Positions 20,443 to 30,131 of a stretch of 64,000 nt of DNA are shown here, piece after piece. Source of the DNA: Gracilimonas sp. GTDB lineage: Bacteria > Bacteroidota > Rhodothermia > Balneolales > Balneolaceae. The stretch is taken from NCBI RefSeq assembly GCF_965227785.1, contig NZ_OZ245785.1, positions 1,446,293-1,510,292 of the forward strand, read 5' to 3'. Below the pieces are notes generated by a model that ran no database searches, was not told the origin of the DNA, and saw only the letters and a program-made list of their open reading frames with translations. Each line of letters begins with the position of its first letter. The first letter of the stretch is position 1. The position numbers and the translations under genes were made by a program.

Positions 20443-22362
20443 TTGTCTGAACAGAAAAAGGAAAAGCAGAGAGATAAGAAAAAGAAAACGAGGAAGTGGT
20501 CTCCCAAAAAAAGACCGGGTAATTTCAGCTGGAGCAGTGCACTGATTTGGTTGATCGTGATTGCACTGTTTTATAATTGGTACATGTCGGGAGATGGTTT
20601 TACAGGCTCTGCTGAAATAGAATATTCCGAGTTTCGAAAGCAACTTAATAAAGGCAATGTAGAACGGGTAAAAGTTCAGGGTGATTACATTCAGGGAGAA
20701 TTTAAATCTCCACAGGTTTTGAATATATCTGAGGATGATACCCTTGAATCAGAAAATTTCACCACCTACATCCCTTCTTTCGGGGATGATAATTTATATG
20801 CCCAGCTGGAAAAATATGATGTGGCGGTTTCTGCTCAGCCTGAGTCTGACTACGATTGGTGGTACATCCTTCTCATGGCACTACCAATCATATTTATTTT
20901 ATTTATGGGCTTCATGTTTTATCAGCGGATGAAGTCTCAAAGCCAGGGTATTCTTAACATTGGGAAAAGCAAAGCCAAACTGCAGGAACCAGAAAAACAG
21001 GATACTACCTTTGATGATGTTGCAGGCCTCGACAATGCAAAAAAAGAACTACAGGAAATTATCGAATTTCTCAAAGAACCGGCTCGTTTTCAGGAAATAG
21101 GTGCCAAACTTCCAAAGGGTTTGTTAATGGTAGGTCCACCAGGAACTGGAAAAACCCTCATGGCTAAAGCTGCAGCAGGAGAGGCCGATGTTCCCTTTTA
21201 TAGTATTTCCGGTTCTGATTTCATGGAAATGTTTGTCGGTGTTGGAGCCAAACGTGTTCGTGATATGTTCGACAAGGCCAAGGAAACATCACCAAGTATT
21301 ATCTTTATTGATGAAATTGACTCCATTGGTCGTAGGCGTGGGGCCGGACTCGGCGGTGGTCATGATGAACGCGAGCAAACCCTGAACCAGCTGCTTTCGG
21401 AGCTGGACGGCTTTGAGCCCACTGAAAGCGTGGTCGTTATGGCGGCAACCAACCGACCCGATATTCTGGATAAAGCCCTATTACGACCCGGAAGGTTTGA
21501 CCGGCGAATCACTGTGAACTTGCCCACACAATCGGCTCGAAATGAGATCCTCAAAATACACGCCAAGGGAAAGCCATTGGGAGATGACGTTGATCTGGAA
21601 AAGATTGCCCGGAGCACACCCGGTTTCAGCGGTGCTGATTTGGAGAATCTGCTTAATGAGGCTTCATTGTATGCCGGCCGAAACAAGCGAAAGAAAATTA
21701 AAATGGAAGATATAGACCGGGCACGAGACAAAGTACTGATGGGGCTGGAACGTGACGGCATCACCATTAATGACGATGAGAAGAAGATGCTGGCCTATCA
21801 CGAAGCCGGACATGCTTTAGTGGCTGCTATTCTACCCCACTCCGACCCCATTCATAAGGTTACCATCATACCCCGGGGCAAAGCAATGGGAGTAACTCAG
21901 CAACTGCCGGAGAAGGAAAAATACATTTATAAAAGAGAATATCTTCTCGACCGGTTAGCTGTAATTATGGGCGGAAGAGCCGCTGAAGACCTCATTTTTG
22001 AAACATCTACCAGCGGTGCCCAGGATGACCTGAAGCAGGTAGCCAAACTCTCGCGAAAAATGGTACTGGACTTAGGCATGAGTGACCGTTTCGGGCATGT
22101 TTCTTTCGGAAGTGAAGAGCAAGAGGTGTTTCTGGGAAGGGACATGAGTCGCCAGAGGGAATACAGCGATTCCACTGCGCGGGAAATTGATGAAGAGGTT
22201 CAGAAAATATCAGAGGAAGCCTTCAACCGTGCTCTGAATACCCTCAAAGAAAACCGGGAAGTGTTAGACAGGGTCGCCAATCTTCTCCTCGAGAAAGAAG
22301 AAATATCCGGCAAAGAAGTCGAGGAGCTTCTCGATAAGTCTGGCTCCGATAAAACACAATAA
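20443..22362 (+). CDS. ftsH: ATP-dependent zinc metalloprotease FtsH (TTG start in track)
   Basis: [16 protein letters not shown] region, HEAGHAL zinc motif. Confidence 0.95.
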   Translation: MSEQKKEKQRDKKKKTRKWSPKKRPGNFSWSSALIWLIVIALFYNWYMSGDGFTGSAEIEYSEFRKQLNKGNVERVKVQGDYIQGEFKSPQVLNISEDDTLESENFTTYIPSFGDDNLYAQLEKYDVAVSAQPESDYDWWYILLMALPIIFILFMGFMFYQRMKSQSQGILNIGKSKAKLQEPEKQDTTFDDVAGLDNAKKELQEIIEFLKEPARFQEIGAKLPKGLLMVGPPGTGKTLMAKAAAGEADVPFYSISGSDFMEMFVGVGAKRVRDMFDKAKETSPSIIFIDEIDSIGRRRGAGLGGGHDEREQTLNQLLSELDGFEPTESVVVMAATNRPDILDKALLRPGRFDRRITVNLPTQSARNEILKIHAKGKPLGDDVDLEKIARSTPGFSGADLENLLNEASLYAGRNKRKKIKMEDIDRARDKVLMGLERDGITINDDEKKMLAYHEAGHALVAAILPHSDPIHKVTIIPRGKAMGVTQQLPEKEKYIYKREYLLDRLAVIMGGRAAEDLIFETSTSGAQDDLKQVAKLSRKMVLDLGMSDRFGHVSFGSEEQEVFLGRDMSRQREYSDSTAREIDEEVQKISEEAFNRALNTLKENREVLDRVANLLLEKEEISGKEVEELLDKSGSDKTQ

Positions 22363-22390
22363 TCTGTTACCAAATTAATTCTTACTATAG

Positions 22391-23310
22391 GTGAGAATAG
22401 CGAATCTAAAAACCACAGTTGTGAAAACTAACCTGACTTTCCTCGCAGTATTTATTGTGGCTTTAAGCAGCCATGCTTTTGCGCAGAATACCGATACTTT
22501 AGAGCAAGAACTACCTGATGATGTCGTATATACCCAGCAGGATGTAGCCATTTTCTCGGATATCATCCGGAAGTTTGAGCCCAAAAAAGACCAGCCTATC
22601 CATAAGCTAATCCCGGATATCGGACGATATTTTTTGGGAAATGAGTATGTCGCTTTTGCCCTGGAAGTAACCGATGAAGAAAAGCTGATCGTAAATTTAA
22701 GGGATTTGGACTGCACTACCTATGCGGAGCACTGTTGGCCCTGGCACGGACGTTAAAGTCTGACCAGGCAACTTTCGTGCGATATACTAAGGAGCTCGAG
22801 AAAATCCGCTATCGAGATGGCAAAAAAGGAGATTACCCAACCCGCCTGCACTATTTCAGTGACTGGATTTACAATAACGCAGCCAATAACCTGGTAACTA
22901 CCCCCGCCGACAGTTTTGGAGCTCCACTGGATGTGGAAGTTAATTTCATGTCAACCCACCCGGACAGTTACAAGCACCTTCAACGAAACCCTGCTTTCAT
23001 TTCTGTTGTTGCTGAGCAGGAGAAGGAAATCTCCGGTAAAGATTATTTCTACATCCCCAAGGAAGAAATTGATGAGAAAATGCATCTGTTACGTGAGGGA
23101 GACATCATAGGGCTTACAACCAGCATAGAAGGCCTGGATGTAGCTCACGTTGGTGTTCTGGTGGAAGTAGATGGGAAATTGCACCTTATGCACGCCTCAC
23201 AGTCAAACCTGAAAGTTGAAGTTTCTGACGAGCCGCTGAGTTCCTTTCTCAAACCAAATTCAAAGAATACCGGTATTATGATTGCACGTCCGGTGGATAA
23301 TTTAAATTGA
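22391..23310 (+). pseudogene. DUF1460 (amidase-like) secreted protein split by a frameshift near 22730
   Basis: ORF 22391-22756 ends ...NLRDLDCTTYAEHCWPWHGR*. ORF 22735-23310 begins (M)ALARTLK. Family consensus reads ...DCTTfvE..LALAr... continuously. The downstream part has RLHYFSDW, GDIIGLTT, GLDVAHVG, LMHAS. Confidence 0.7.
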
Positions 23311-23327
23311 CAAAATTAAGCTGAACA

Positions 23328-23774
23328 ATGCTTACCTGGAAAGATCTTAAAGAATTTGCCAAGAACGGTAACCCCGACCCAAGCCGCAGAGTTGAAAAAT
23401 CTGAAGATGAATGGAAACAGGAGCTGACGGATGAACAATTCGCTATCACCCGATTAAAGGGCACGGAACGCCCCGGCTCCAGCGACATGTGCTACCGATT
23501 CGATCCCGGTTTATATGCCTGCGTATGCTGTGGTACCGAACTTTTTGACGGAACCACCAAATTCGAAAGTGGATCAGGCTGGCCTTCCTTCACCCAACCT
23601 GTAGAAGAGAATGCCGTTAAATATGAAATGGATACTTCCCACGGCATGGTGCGAATAGAAGCCTTGTGTAATGTATGTGATGCCCATTTAGGCCATGTTT
23701 TTCCCGATGGACCGGAACCCAGCGGATTGCGGTACTGTATGAATGCGGTTAGTCTCGAAAAGGTGGAAGAGTAA
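23328..23774 (+). CDS. msrB: Peptide-methionine (R)-S-oxide reductase
   Basis: CVCCG...GSGWPSF...CNVCDAHLGHVF...RYCMN motifs. Confidence 0.9.
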   Translation: MLTWKDLKEFAKNGNPDPSRRVEKSEDEWKQELTDEQFAITRLKGTERPGSSDMCYRFDPGLYACVCCGTELFDGTTKFESGSGWPSFTQPVEENAVKYEMDTSHGMVRIEALCNVCDAHLGHVFPDGPEPSGLRYCMNAVSLEKVEE

Positions 23775-23786
23775 ACTTTTCTTTAA

Positions 23787-24245
23787 CTACTCTATCCTTT
23801 TCAAATCATTCATCCTGTATATAATCTCCTCATCGGCAATCATTTCATGAATGTCGATTATAAATTTTGTGGGATATCCATACTTCGGATGATAATCTAC
23901 GGTAATTGAATGAGCTTTGTCTTCATATTGCTTTAGAAGATCAAATGCTCGCTCTACAGTTATCGCATTTCTGGATGCCCACTCATCCTTTTCCTCTGAT
24001 TGGTTGCCCTCATAAGTTACTTTTTCAACAGATCCATCAAATATATTTGCCCTGTATGTCATTCCCAGACATTCACAAGATCTTTTCTGAGTGATCTGAT
24101 AGTCAGATAATTGATACGCTTCCCATCGCTCTCTTGGGTTTTCAATAGCGCTGAAATCCTCTTCAATGACGGAAGTTATAATTCCATTTTCATTGTCACA
24201 TGATGTAACAAATAATAACAACACCGAAAAAAAGACTGATCTCAT
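23787..24245 (-). CDS. Hypothetical lipoprotein (DUF6174-like)
   Basis: Lipobox VTSC. The SCECLG region resembles DUF6174; low certainty on the family. Confidence 0.6.
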   Translation of the reverse strand: MRSVFFSVLLLFVTSCDNENGIITSVIEEDFSAIENPRERWEAYQLSDYQITQKRSCECLGMTYRANIFDGSVEKVTYEGNQSEEKDEWASRNAITVERAFDLLKQYEDKAHSITVDYHPKYGYPTKFIIDIHEMIADEEIIYRMNDLKRIE

Positions 24246-24299
24246 GATTACCTCTCTCAGTTTTTTAAAAACTAATTAGCTAGCGTTAAAAAATAAAAA

Positions 24300-24686
24300 C
24301 TACCAGGGATTCTCTAAATCTTCCTTAGAATAAGTATGCTCCCGGTAATTGAACATACTTCCTTTAGTATCCTTCAAAAGCAATGGGTCATTTCCAAATA
24401 GCCTGAAAAGCAAAGCAATAGGTGTTACTATCAGGTAGTAAACGAGTGAGAGTAGCACTCTCGAGTTAAACCAGCCCAGCCCTTCCGCCAGTTTATACCA
24501 TCCCCATACTATTCGATTGCCAATGGGCGGAATAAAAGACAACAGCCCAACAGCTAATGCAAGATAGGCGATGTGCTCGCTGTCGAAAATTGCAGCCAAC
24601 ACCAAAAGCCCCGTTACAATCACCAACTGGGTTTTGGGTGTTGCAGGGTCTTGTTCAATGAATTCCAGAGATCGGGGTTCCAGCAT
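24300..24686 (-). CDS. SxtJ-family small membrane protein (start moved to internal ATG 24686)
   Basis: Hydrophobic 128-aa protein directly after DUF5989 and carbamoyltransferase, a neighbourhood I recall as conserved. ATG at 24686 lies 2 nt after the DUF5989 stop. Confidence 0.6.
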   Translation of the reverse strand: MLEPRSLEFIEQDPATPKTQLVIVTGLLVLAAIFDSEHIAYLALAVGLLSFIPPIGNRIVWGWYKLAEGLGWFNSRVLLSLVYYLIVTPIALLFRLFGNDPLLLKDTKGSMFNYREHTYSKEDLENPW

Positions 24687-24687
24687 A

Positions 24688-24837
24688 TTAAAACAGGGTA
24701 TAAATGAATGGAGCGATGGATGAACCGCCCCCAATCACGATTAAAAATCCAAGCAGAAGCAGCACGATTATCACAGGAGCCAGCCAGAATTTCTTCCGCT
24801 GCTTCATGAAATTCCATAAGTCCTTCAGTGTTTCCAT
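24688..24837 (-). CDS. DUF5989 small membrane protein (49 aa, not in ORF track)
   Basis: Hand translation gives METLKDLWNFMKQRKKFWLAPVIIVLLLLGFLIVIGGGSSIAPFIYTLF*. RKKFWL and C-terminal APFIYTLF match the DUF5989 pattern. The start lies 4 nt after the carbamoyltransferase stop. Confidence 0.7.
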   Translation of the reverse strand: METLKDLWNFMKQRKKFWLAPVIIVLLLLGFLIVIGGGSSIAPFIYTLF

Positions 24838-24840
24838 AGA

Positions 24841-26685
24841 TCAGTCTTTTTCAAATGTAATTTCCTTCTCCCATTCCGGTTGTTCGGCTTTATCAAAAAC
24901 ATAATCGCCGATCACAAGATAATCCATTTCTGTATTCATAAAACAACGATATGCATCTTCCGGTGTACAAACAATGGGCTCACCCCGCACATTAAAACTG
25001 GTGTTAACCAACATTCCCGTCCCCGTCAGCTCCTTAAATGCATTCAAAAGCTCCCAGTATCTCGGGTTGGTTTCCTTGTGTACCGTTTGTATGCGTGCAG
25101 AAAAATCAATGTGGGTAATAGCAGGAAAATCAGATCGCTCAAAGACCAGTTTTTCCCTAAGTGGAAGTTTATGGTACTTCTCAGGAAGCTCTTTTCGGTG
25201 TGCTTCTTTCACTTCCTGAACCAAAAGCATGTAAGGTGACTCTGATTTTAACTCAAAATATTCCCCGGCATCTTCGGCCAGCACTGAAGGCGCAAATGGC
25301 CTAAACGACTCCCGGTACTTAATCTTCAGATTCAACTTTTTCTGCATTTTTGGATTTCGGGGATCTCCTAAAATGGATCGGCCACCTAATGCCCGGGGGC
25401 CAAATTCCATCCGTCCCTGAAACCACCCGATCACATTTCCTTCATTCAGCCATTCCGCTACTTTGGGATAGAGCTCAGGTTCTTCCATTTTTTTGTAAAC
25501 AGGCTTGAATTTTTTGGTCTGTTGCAGTATTTCAAATTCATGGAAATCCGGTCCCAGATAGCTGCCCTGCATAGCATCAGGTTTCTGGGGCTCCCTGCGA
25601 TTTCCAAAATAAATATGATGAGCTGCCAATGCAGCTCCCACCGATCCACCTGCATCTCCGGCCGCCGGCTGAATGAATATCTCGTCAAAAACTCCCTCAT
25701 TCTGAATAACGCCGTTGGCCACACAATTAAGCGCTACTCCTCCGGCAAGGCACAGGTTTTTAGAGCCCGTCAAACGCTGAGCTTCCTTTGCCATTTTCAG
25801 TACCACTTCTTCGGTAACCTTTTGGATAGCAAGAGCCAGATTTGCTTCATGATGCTGCAGTTCTGTTTCTTCCTCTCTTTTTGGAAAACCAAATAACTCT
25901 TCCCATTTCTTCTCTTTGACCATTTTGAGTCCGGTAGCGTAATCAAAATAATCCTGATTCAGATAGATCGAACCATCTCCATTCAGCTCGATCAAATCCG
26001 TCTTAATCTTAGAGATATACTCCTCCACCATTTTGGAATTCGGATTCCCGTAAGGCGCCAACCCCATAAGTTTATACTCCCCGGAATTTACCCTGAACCC
26101 CAGGTAATAAGTAAAGGCCGAATAGAGCAGTCCCAGAGAATGTGGAAAAGTTAACTCCCGATGTATGGTAATTTCCGAACCATTTCCGGAGCAAATGGAA
26201 GCCGTGGCCCACTCTCCCACCCCATCAATGGTAAGTATGGCCGATTCTTCAAAGTGGGATGGATAAAAAGCACTGGCTGCATGACTCAGATGATGCTCCG
26301 GGAATAACAGCTTTAGCTTTTTTCGATCATAGTCTCCGATCTTAGCCAGCTCCTCATGCATCACCCGTTTCATAAACATCTTTTCCTTTAACCAAACAGG
26401 CATAGCGGTTATAAAAGACTTCACCCCGCGCGGAGCAAAAGAAAGATAGGTTTCGAGCAGGCGTTCAAACTTTAGTAACGGCTTGTCATAAAAAGCTAAG
26501 GCATCAATTTCACTGAGCTGCATATCCGTAAAATCCAGGCAAAACCGGATGGCATATGAAGGAAATCCCTCATCGTGTTTTTTACGGGTGAACCGCTCTT
26601 CCTGGGCCGCGGCTATAATTTTTCCGTCCTGAACTATACAAGCCGCCGAATCATGATAAAAAGCTGAAATTCCTAAAATAGTCAT
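24841..26685 (-). CDS. Carbamoyltransferase (NodU/CmcH family)
   Basis: ILGISAFYHDSAA N-terminus, HHLSHAASAF, and the C-terminal TSFNVRGEPIV motif. Confidence 0.9.
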   Translation of the reverse strand: MTILGISAFYHDSAACIVQDGKIIAAAQEERFTRKKHDEGFPSYAIRFCLDFTDMQLSEIDALAFYDKPLLKFERLLETYLSFAPRGVKSFITAMPVWLKEKMFMKRVMHEELAKIGDYDRKKLKLLFPEHHLSHAASAFYPSHFEESAILTIDGVGEWATASICSGNGSEITIHRELTFPHSLGLLYSAFTYYLGFRVNSGEYKLMGLAPYGNPNSKMVEEYISKIKTDLIELNGDGSIYLNQDYFDYATGLKMVKEKKWEELFGFPKREEETELQHHEANLALAIQKVTEEVVLKMAKEAQRLTGSKNLCLAGGVALNCVANGVIQNEGVFDEIFIQPAAGDAGGSVGAALAAHHIYFGNRREPQKPDAMQGSYLGPDFHEFEILQQTKKFKPVYKKMEEPELYPKVAEWLNEGNVIGWFQGRMEFGPRALGGRSILGDPRNPKMQKKLNLKIKYRESFRPFAPSVLAEDAGEYFELKSESPYMLLVQEVKEAHRKELPEKYHKLPLREKLVFERSDFPAITHIDFSARIQTVHKETNPRYWELLNAFKELTGTGMLVNTSFNVRGEPIVCTPEDAYRCFMNTEMDYLVIGDYVFDKAEQPEWEKEITFEKD

Positions 26686-26731
26686 ATCAAAAATTGAGTG
26701 GCTGTGAAGATAACAAAACTTCCCTTTCCTT

Positions 26732-26888
26732 GAATGATGAAGTGAGGAGTGAAAGGGTGATTGGGTGATATTGATTCATATGTCAATTCTGATATACTGA
26801 GCTGTTCAGTTATAGTTATTTCGGAGTTATCCTTAAGATGACATCAACTCTCACTTTATCACTCATCACTCTATCACCCTATCCTCCC
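26732..26888. repeat. GTGA-type heptamer/octamer palindromic element without ORF
   Basis: Left arm GAAGTGA GGAGTGA AAGGGTGA TTGGGTGA; right arm TCACTTTA TCACTCA TCACTCTA TCACCCTA; 78-nt centre. Confidence 0.8.
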
Positions 26889-26961
26889 ACATACTGAGTA
26901 AAGTTTTTAAAGGGGCTATACTTTCGTATTTTCTCGCTCAATTTTCATCATCAAGACTATC

Positions 26962-27843
26962 ATGATTATATCAATGACCGGCTTTGGTCGCGGAGAAGCC
27001 TCTGAAAATGGCATCACGGCCACGGTTGAAATCAAATCACTAAACAGTCGCTATCTGGATCTTAGTATTCGCCTTCCTCAGCGTTTGCAAGACAAAGAAC
27101 TGCAGGTTAAGGAGCTGGTTCAGAAAACGATTAATCGTGGTAAACTGAACATTACGGTTTACCTGTCGGAATCAGAAACAGGTGAACCTTCTATCAGAGT
27201 GGATGAAAAGAAAGTGAAAGGTTACTCCAGGATTCTGGATAATCTAAGAGAAGCAGCCGGCATTTCAGATCCCATTTCCATCAAAGACATAACCCAGTTT
27301 GGTGATGTTTTTATTAATGAAGAAGAAGACGAAGAAGTACTTGAGAAAAAATGGGAAGTAGTTGAAAAGGCACTTTCAGAAGCCGTGGAATCTCTTCTTA
27401 AAATGAGAACTCAGGAAGGCAGTCAGCTTAAAAACGATCTGGTGGATCGGATCGAATTCATCGATGAAAATCTCGAAATCATTACTAAAGAAACATCAGG
27501 ACGTGCACAAGAGGCTCGTGATAAGCTGTTGGAACGAATCAACAACCTGATTGAAGAAGATAAAATTGACCCGGAACGCCTTGAATTGGAAGTGGCTGTT
27601 CTTGTAGACAAGATGGATGTAACGGAGGAAATTGTACGCCTGCGTTCACACCTAAAATTCTTTATTGAAGCTGTTGAACAACCTGAACCGGCCGGGCGAA
27701 GACTCAATTTCCTGACCCAGGAAATTAACCGAGAGCTAAACACTATCGGTTCGAAGGCCAACAACTCTGATATTGCCCAATATGTGGTGAAATGCAAAGA
27801 AGCGCTGGAGCAAATCCGGGAACAAGTTCAAAACGTCGAATAA
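26962..27843 (+). CDS. yicC: YicC family protein
   Basis: SMTGFGRGE N-terminus, C-terminal EINRELNTIGSKAN motif. Confidence 0.85.
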   Translation: MIISMTGFGRGEASENGITATVEIKSLNSRYLDLSIRLPQRLQDKELQVKELVQKTINRGKLNITVYLSESETGEPSIRVDEKKVKGYSRILDNLREAAGISDPISIKDITQFGDVFINEEEDEEVLEKKWEVVEKALSEAVESLLKMRTQEGSQLKNDLVDRIEFIDENLEIITKETSGRAQEARDKLLERINNLIEEDKIDPERLELEVAVLVDKMDVTEEIVRLRSHLKFFIEAVEQPEPAGRRLNFLTQEINRELNTIGSKANNSDIAQYVVKCKEALEQIREQVQNVE

Positions 27844-27844
27844 A

Positions 27845-27910
27845 GTAGATTTAAGACGCAAGATGTAAGATTTAAAGAAAATTTATCTTACATCTTGTGT
27901 TTTATGTCTC
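27845..27910. repeat. AGANNNA heptamer palindrome containing a 13-bp perfect hairpin
   Basis: AGATTTA AGACGCA AGATGTA AGATTTA in phase. Stem 27859-27871 CAAGATGTAAGAT pairs with 27885-27897 ATCTTACATCTTG. Confidence 0.85.
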
Positions 27911-27923
27911 AGTACTACTATAT

Positions 27924-28496
27924 ATGAAAAAAGGTAAAGTCATCATATTGGTTGCACCCAGCGGAGGCGGAAAAACGACCCTCGCGCGCCGGCTTTTTAA
28001 AGAGTTTGAAGATCTTAAGTTCTCAGTATCAGCAACCACACGCCCTGCTCGGGAAGGTGAAATAGATGGAAAACACTATTATTTCCTCTCTGAGGCTGAT
28101 TTTGACCAGAAAAAAGCTGACGGCGAGTTTCTGGAATGGGAGGAATTCTATAGGGGAAAGAAATACGGCACACTGCGTTCAGAAGTTGATAAAAAACTAA
28201 ATTCAGGCTATTTTGTTCTGCTTGACATCGAAGTAAAAGGTGCGGTTAATATCAAAAAGATTTACGGAGACGAAAGTCTCAGTTTATTTATTAAACCGCC
28301 TTCTATAGATGTTTTGAAGCAGCGCTTGCTTGCCCGCGGAACCGAAGATGATGAAACACTGGCTTTGCGGCTCGAACGCGCCAAAGAAGAACTTACATAT
28401 GCTGATCAATTCGATCAGGTTATTATAAATGACAATTTGGATACGGCTTATGCAGAGGTTAAGAAAGCCGTTGTCGAATTCATGAATCAAAACTGA
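27924..28496 (+). CDS. gmk: Guanylate kinase (start moved to ATG 27924)
   Basis: APSGGGKTT P-loop, SATTRPAREGE, YYF. The track start at 27897 lies inside the upstream hairpin. Confidence 0.9.
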   Translation: MKKGKVIILVAPSGGGKTTLARRLFKEFEDLKFSVSATTRPAREGEIDGKHYYFLSEADFDQKKADGEFLEWEEFYRGKKYGTLRSEVDKKLNSGYFVLLDIEVKGAVNIKKIYGDESLSLFIKPPSIDVLKQRLLARGTEDDETLALRLERAKEELTYADQFDQVIINDNLDTAYAEVKKAVVEFMNQN

Positions 28497-28504
28497 TACC
28501 ATCC

Positions 28505-28798
28505 ATGGCAGTCCAAACATTAGACATTGAAAAACTGAAATTCAAAACAGGTAACAAATATGAGTTACTTGTGATCCTTTCCAAGAGAGCACGCCAGATT
28601 GCAGCTCAGGAGAAATTAGAACTGGACGAAAAACTTCAGTACTTCGAAGGATTTGAAGAAGAAGACGAGTTTTCTTTTAACGAAGAGCAGGAGAACATCT
28701 CCAAAGCTTTCGAAAAACTTCCACATGCTACTCAGCGTGCTATTGTGGAAATGCAGGAAGACCAAATTTATTACCGACATCCTGAAAAAGAGGATTAA
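28505..28798 (+). CDS. rpoZ: DNA-directed RNA polymerase subunit omega
   Basis: NKYELLVILSKRARQI motif and the gmk-rpoZ-coaBC synteny. Confidence 0.75.
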   Translation: MAVQTLDIEKLKFKTGNKYELLVILSKRARQIAAQEKLELDEKLQYFEGFEEEDEFSFNEEQENISKAFEKLPHATQRAIVEMQEDQIYYRHPEKED

Positions 28799-28800
28799 TC

Positions 28801-29997
28801 ATGCTCTCCGGTAAACGCATCATTCTTGGTGTTACCGGAGGAATTGCAGCCTATAAAGCTGCTTTTTTACTCAGAGAATTTCAAAAAGCGGGAGCCGAAG
28901 TCCGCGTCACCATGACGCCTTCAGCCACCCGCTTTGTTGGTTTAGAAACCTTTGCCTCCCTTTCCGGCCATGAAGTAGCCGTAGACATTTTTCCTGATGA
29001 AGGAGATTCCAGCGACTGGACCCGCCACATAAACTGGGGCGAATGGGCCGATCTTTTCGTAATTGCTCCCTGTACGGCTAACACGCTCGCCAAAATCGCT
29101 ACCGGACTTTCTGACAACATGCTTACCAGCACCGTACTGGCTGCTCGTTGCCCAATACTGATTTGCCCGACCATGGACGGGGAGATGTATGAATCGCCCG
29201 GAGTTTCTGATAACCTGAAAAAGGTGCAGGAGAATGGATATCATGTTTTAGAACCGGAATCAGGTTACCTGGCCAGTGGATTACATGGAAAAGGACGGTT
29301 ACCGGAAATAGAATCCATCCTCGAAAAAACTTCTGATATCATTGGATCCATTGAAGGTCCATTAGAAGGAAAAAAAGTGGTTGTTACAGCCGGTCCGACC
29401 CGGGAGCATATCGATCCTGTTCGATTTATTTCCAACCCAAGTTCGGGTAAGATGGGATCGGCAATGGCACAAGCAGCACAAAGCCTTGGGGCGGACGTCA
29501 CCCTGATTCATGGCCCGCTTTCCATCCCCACTCCCGAGGGTATTCATTTTGTAAAAATTACCAGTTCGGCTGATTTATTTGAAGCCGTTAAAGAATATGC
29601 TGAAGCGGATGTAATCATTATGGCAGCTGCGGTCTCGGACTTCACCCCTGAACAAGTCCATCAACATAAAGTAAAAAAGGAAAGCGCCGGCAATGAGATT
29701 AAACTGAAGAGAACACAGGATATTTTAGCCTGGCTGGGTGAGCATAAACAAGATGGGCAGGTTTTGATCGGTTTTGCCATGGAAACCGAAAACCTGATCG
29801 AAAACGCAACTTCCAAGCTCAATAAGAAGAATGCCGATTTTATTATTGCCAATTCTTTAAATGACAAAGATGCCGGTTTTGAAGCGGACACCAATGCCGT
29901 TCATCTGTTGAGTAAAAACTCCGAACAAAAATTTCAGGGAAGCAAAAAAGACATTTCCATCGAAATTCTGAATACCATTTTTAGAAGAGATGAGTGA
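28801..29997 (+). CDS. coaBC: Bifunctional phosphopantothenoylcysteine decarboxylase / phosphopantothenate-cysteine ligase
   Basis: [14 protein letters not shown]-like [25 protein letters not shown]. Confidence 0.9.
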   Translation: MLSGKRIILGVTGGIAAYKAAFLLREFQKAGAEVRVTMTPSATRFVGLETFASLSGHEVAVDIFPDEGDSSDWTRHINWGEWADLFVIAPCTANTLAKIATGLSDNMLTSTVLAARCPILICPTMDGEMYESPGVSDNLKKVQENGYHVLEPESGYLASGLHGKGRLPEIESILEKTSDIIGSIEGPLEGKKVVVTAGPTREHIDPVRFISNPSSGKMGSAMAQAAQSLGADVTLIHGPLSIPTPEGIHFVKITSSADLFEAVKEYAEADVIIMAAAVSDFTPEQVHQHKVKKESAGNEIKLKRTQDILAWLGEHKQDGQVLIGFAMETENLIENATSKLNKKNADFIIANSLNDKDAGFEADTNAVHLLSKNSEQKFQGSKKDISIEILNTIFRRDE

Positions 29998-30131
29998 TGA
30001 AGTGATAGGTGACGAGTAAAAAGTGAAATTATTTGAGGAGAACCTCCTGACATTCTTATCTGTTCAGATTAAGGACCTATACTCAGCTTATTATTTTTAA
30101 CCAATTCACCCTATCACTTTATCACCTTTCA
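29990..30131. repeat. GTGA-type heptamer palindromic element, second copy
   Basis: Left arm GAGTGA TGAAGTGA TAGGTGA CGAGTAA AAAGTGA; right arm TTCACCCTA TCACTTTA TCACCTT TCAC. Shares the exact words CACTTTATCAC and TCACCCTATC with 26849-26888. The arms overlap the stops of coaBC and of the 30129 gene. Confidence 0.8.

Noticed and set aside
24620-24817. 65-aa minus-strand ORF from the track between the carbamoyltransferase and SxtJ-like genes
   Set aside because: A different frame gives a 49-aa protein with the DUF5989 signature (RKKFWL...APFIYTLF). The listed ORF has no membrane or family features.
26771-30105. Shared short words (CTGTTCAG, TATACTnAGC) between the central regions of the two GTGA-type elements (26771-26848 and 30027-30105), possibly remnants of a lost cargo gene
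   Set aside because: The words are 8-10 nt, not collinear, and within chance expectation. Only the arm similarity is convincing.
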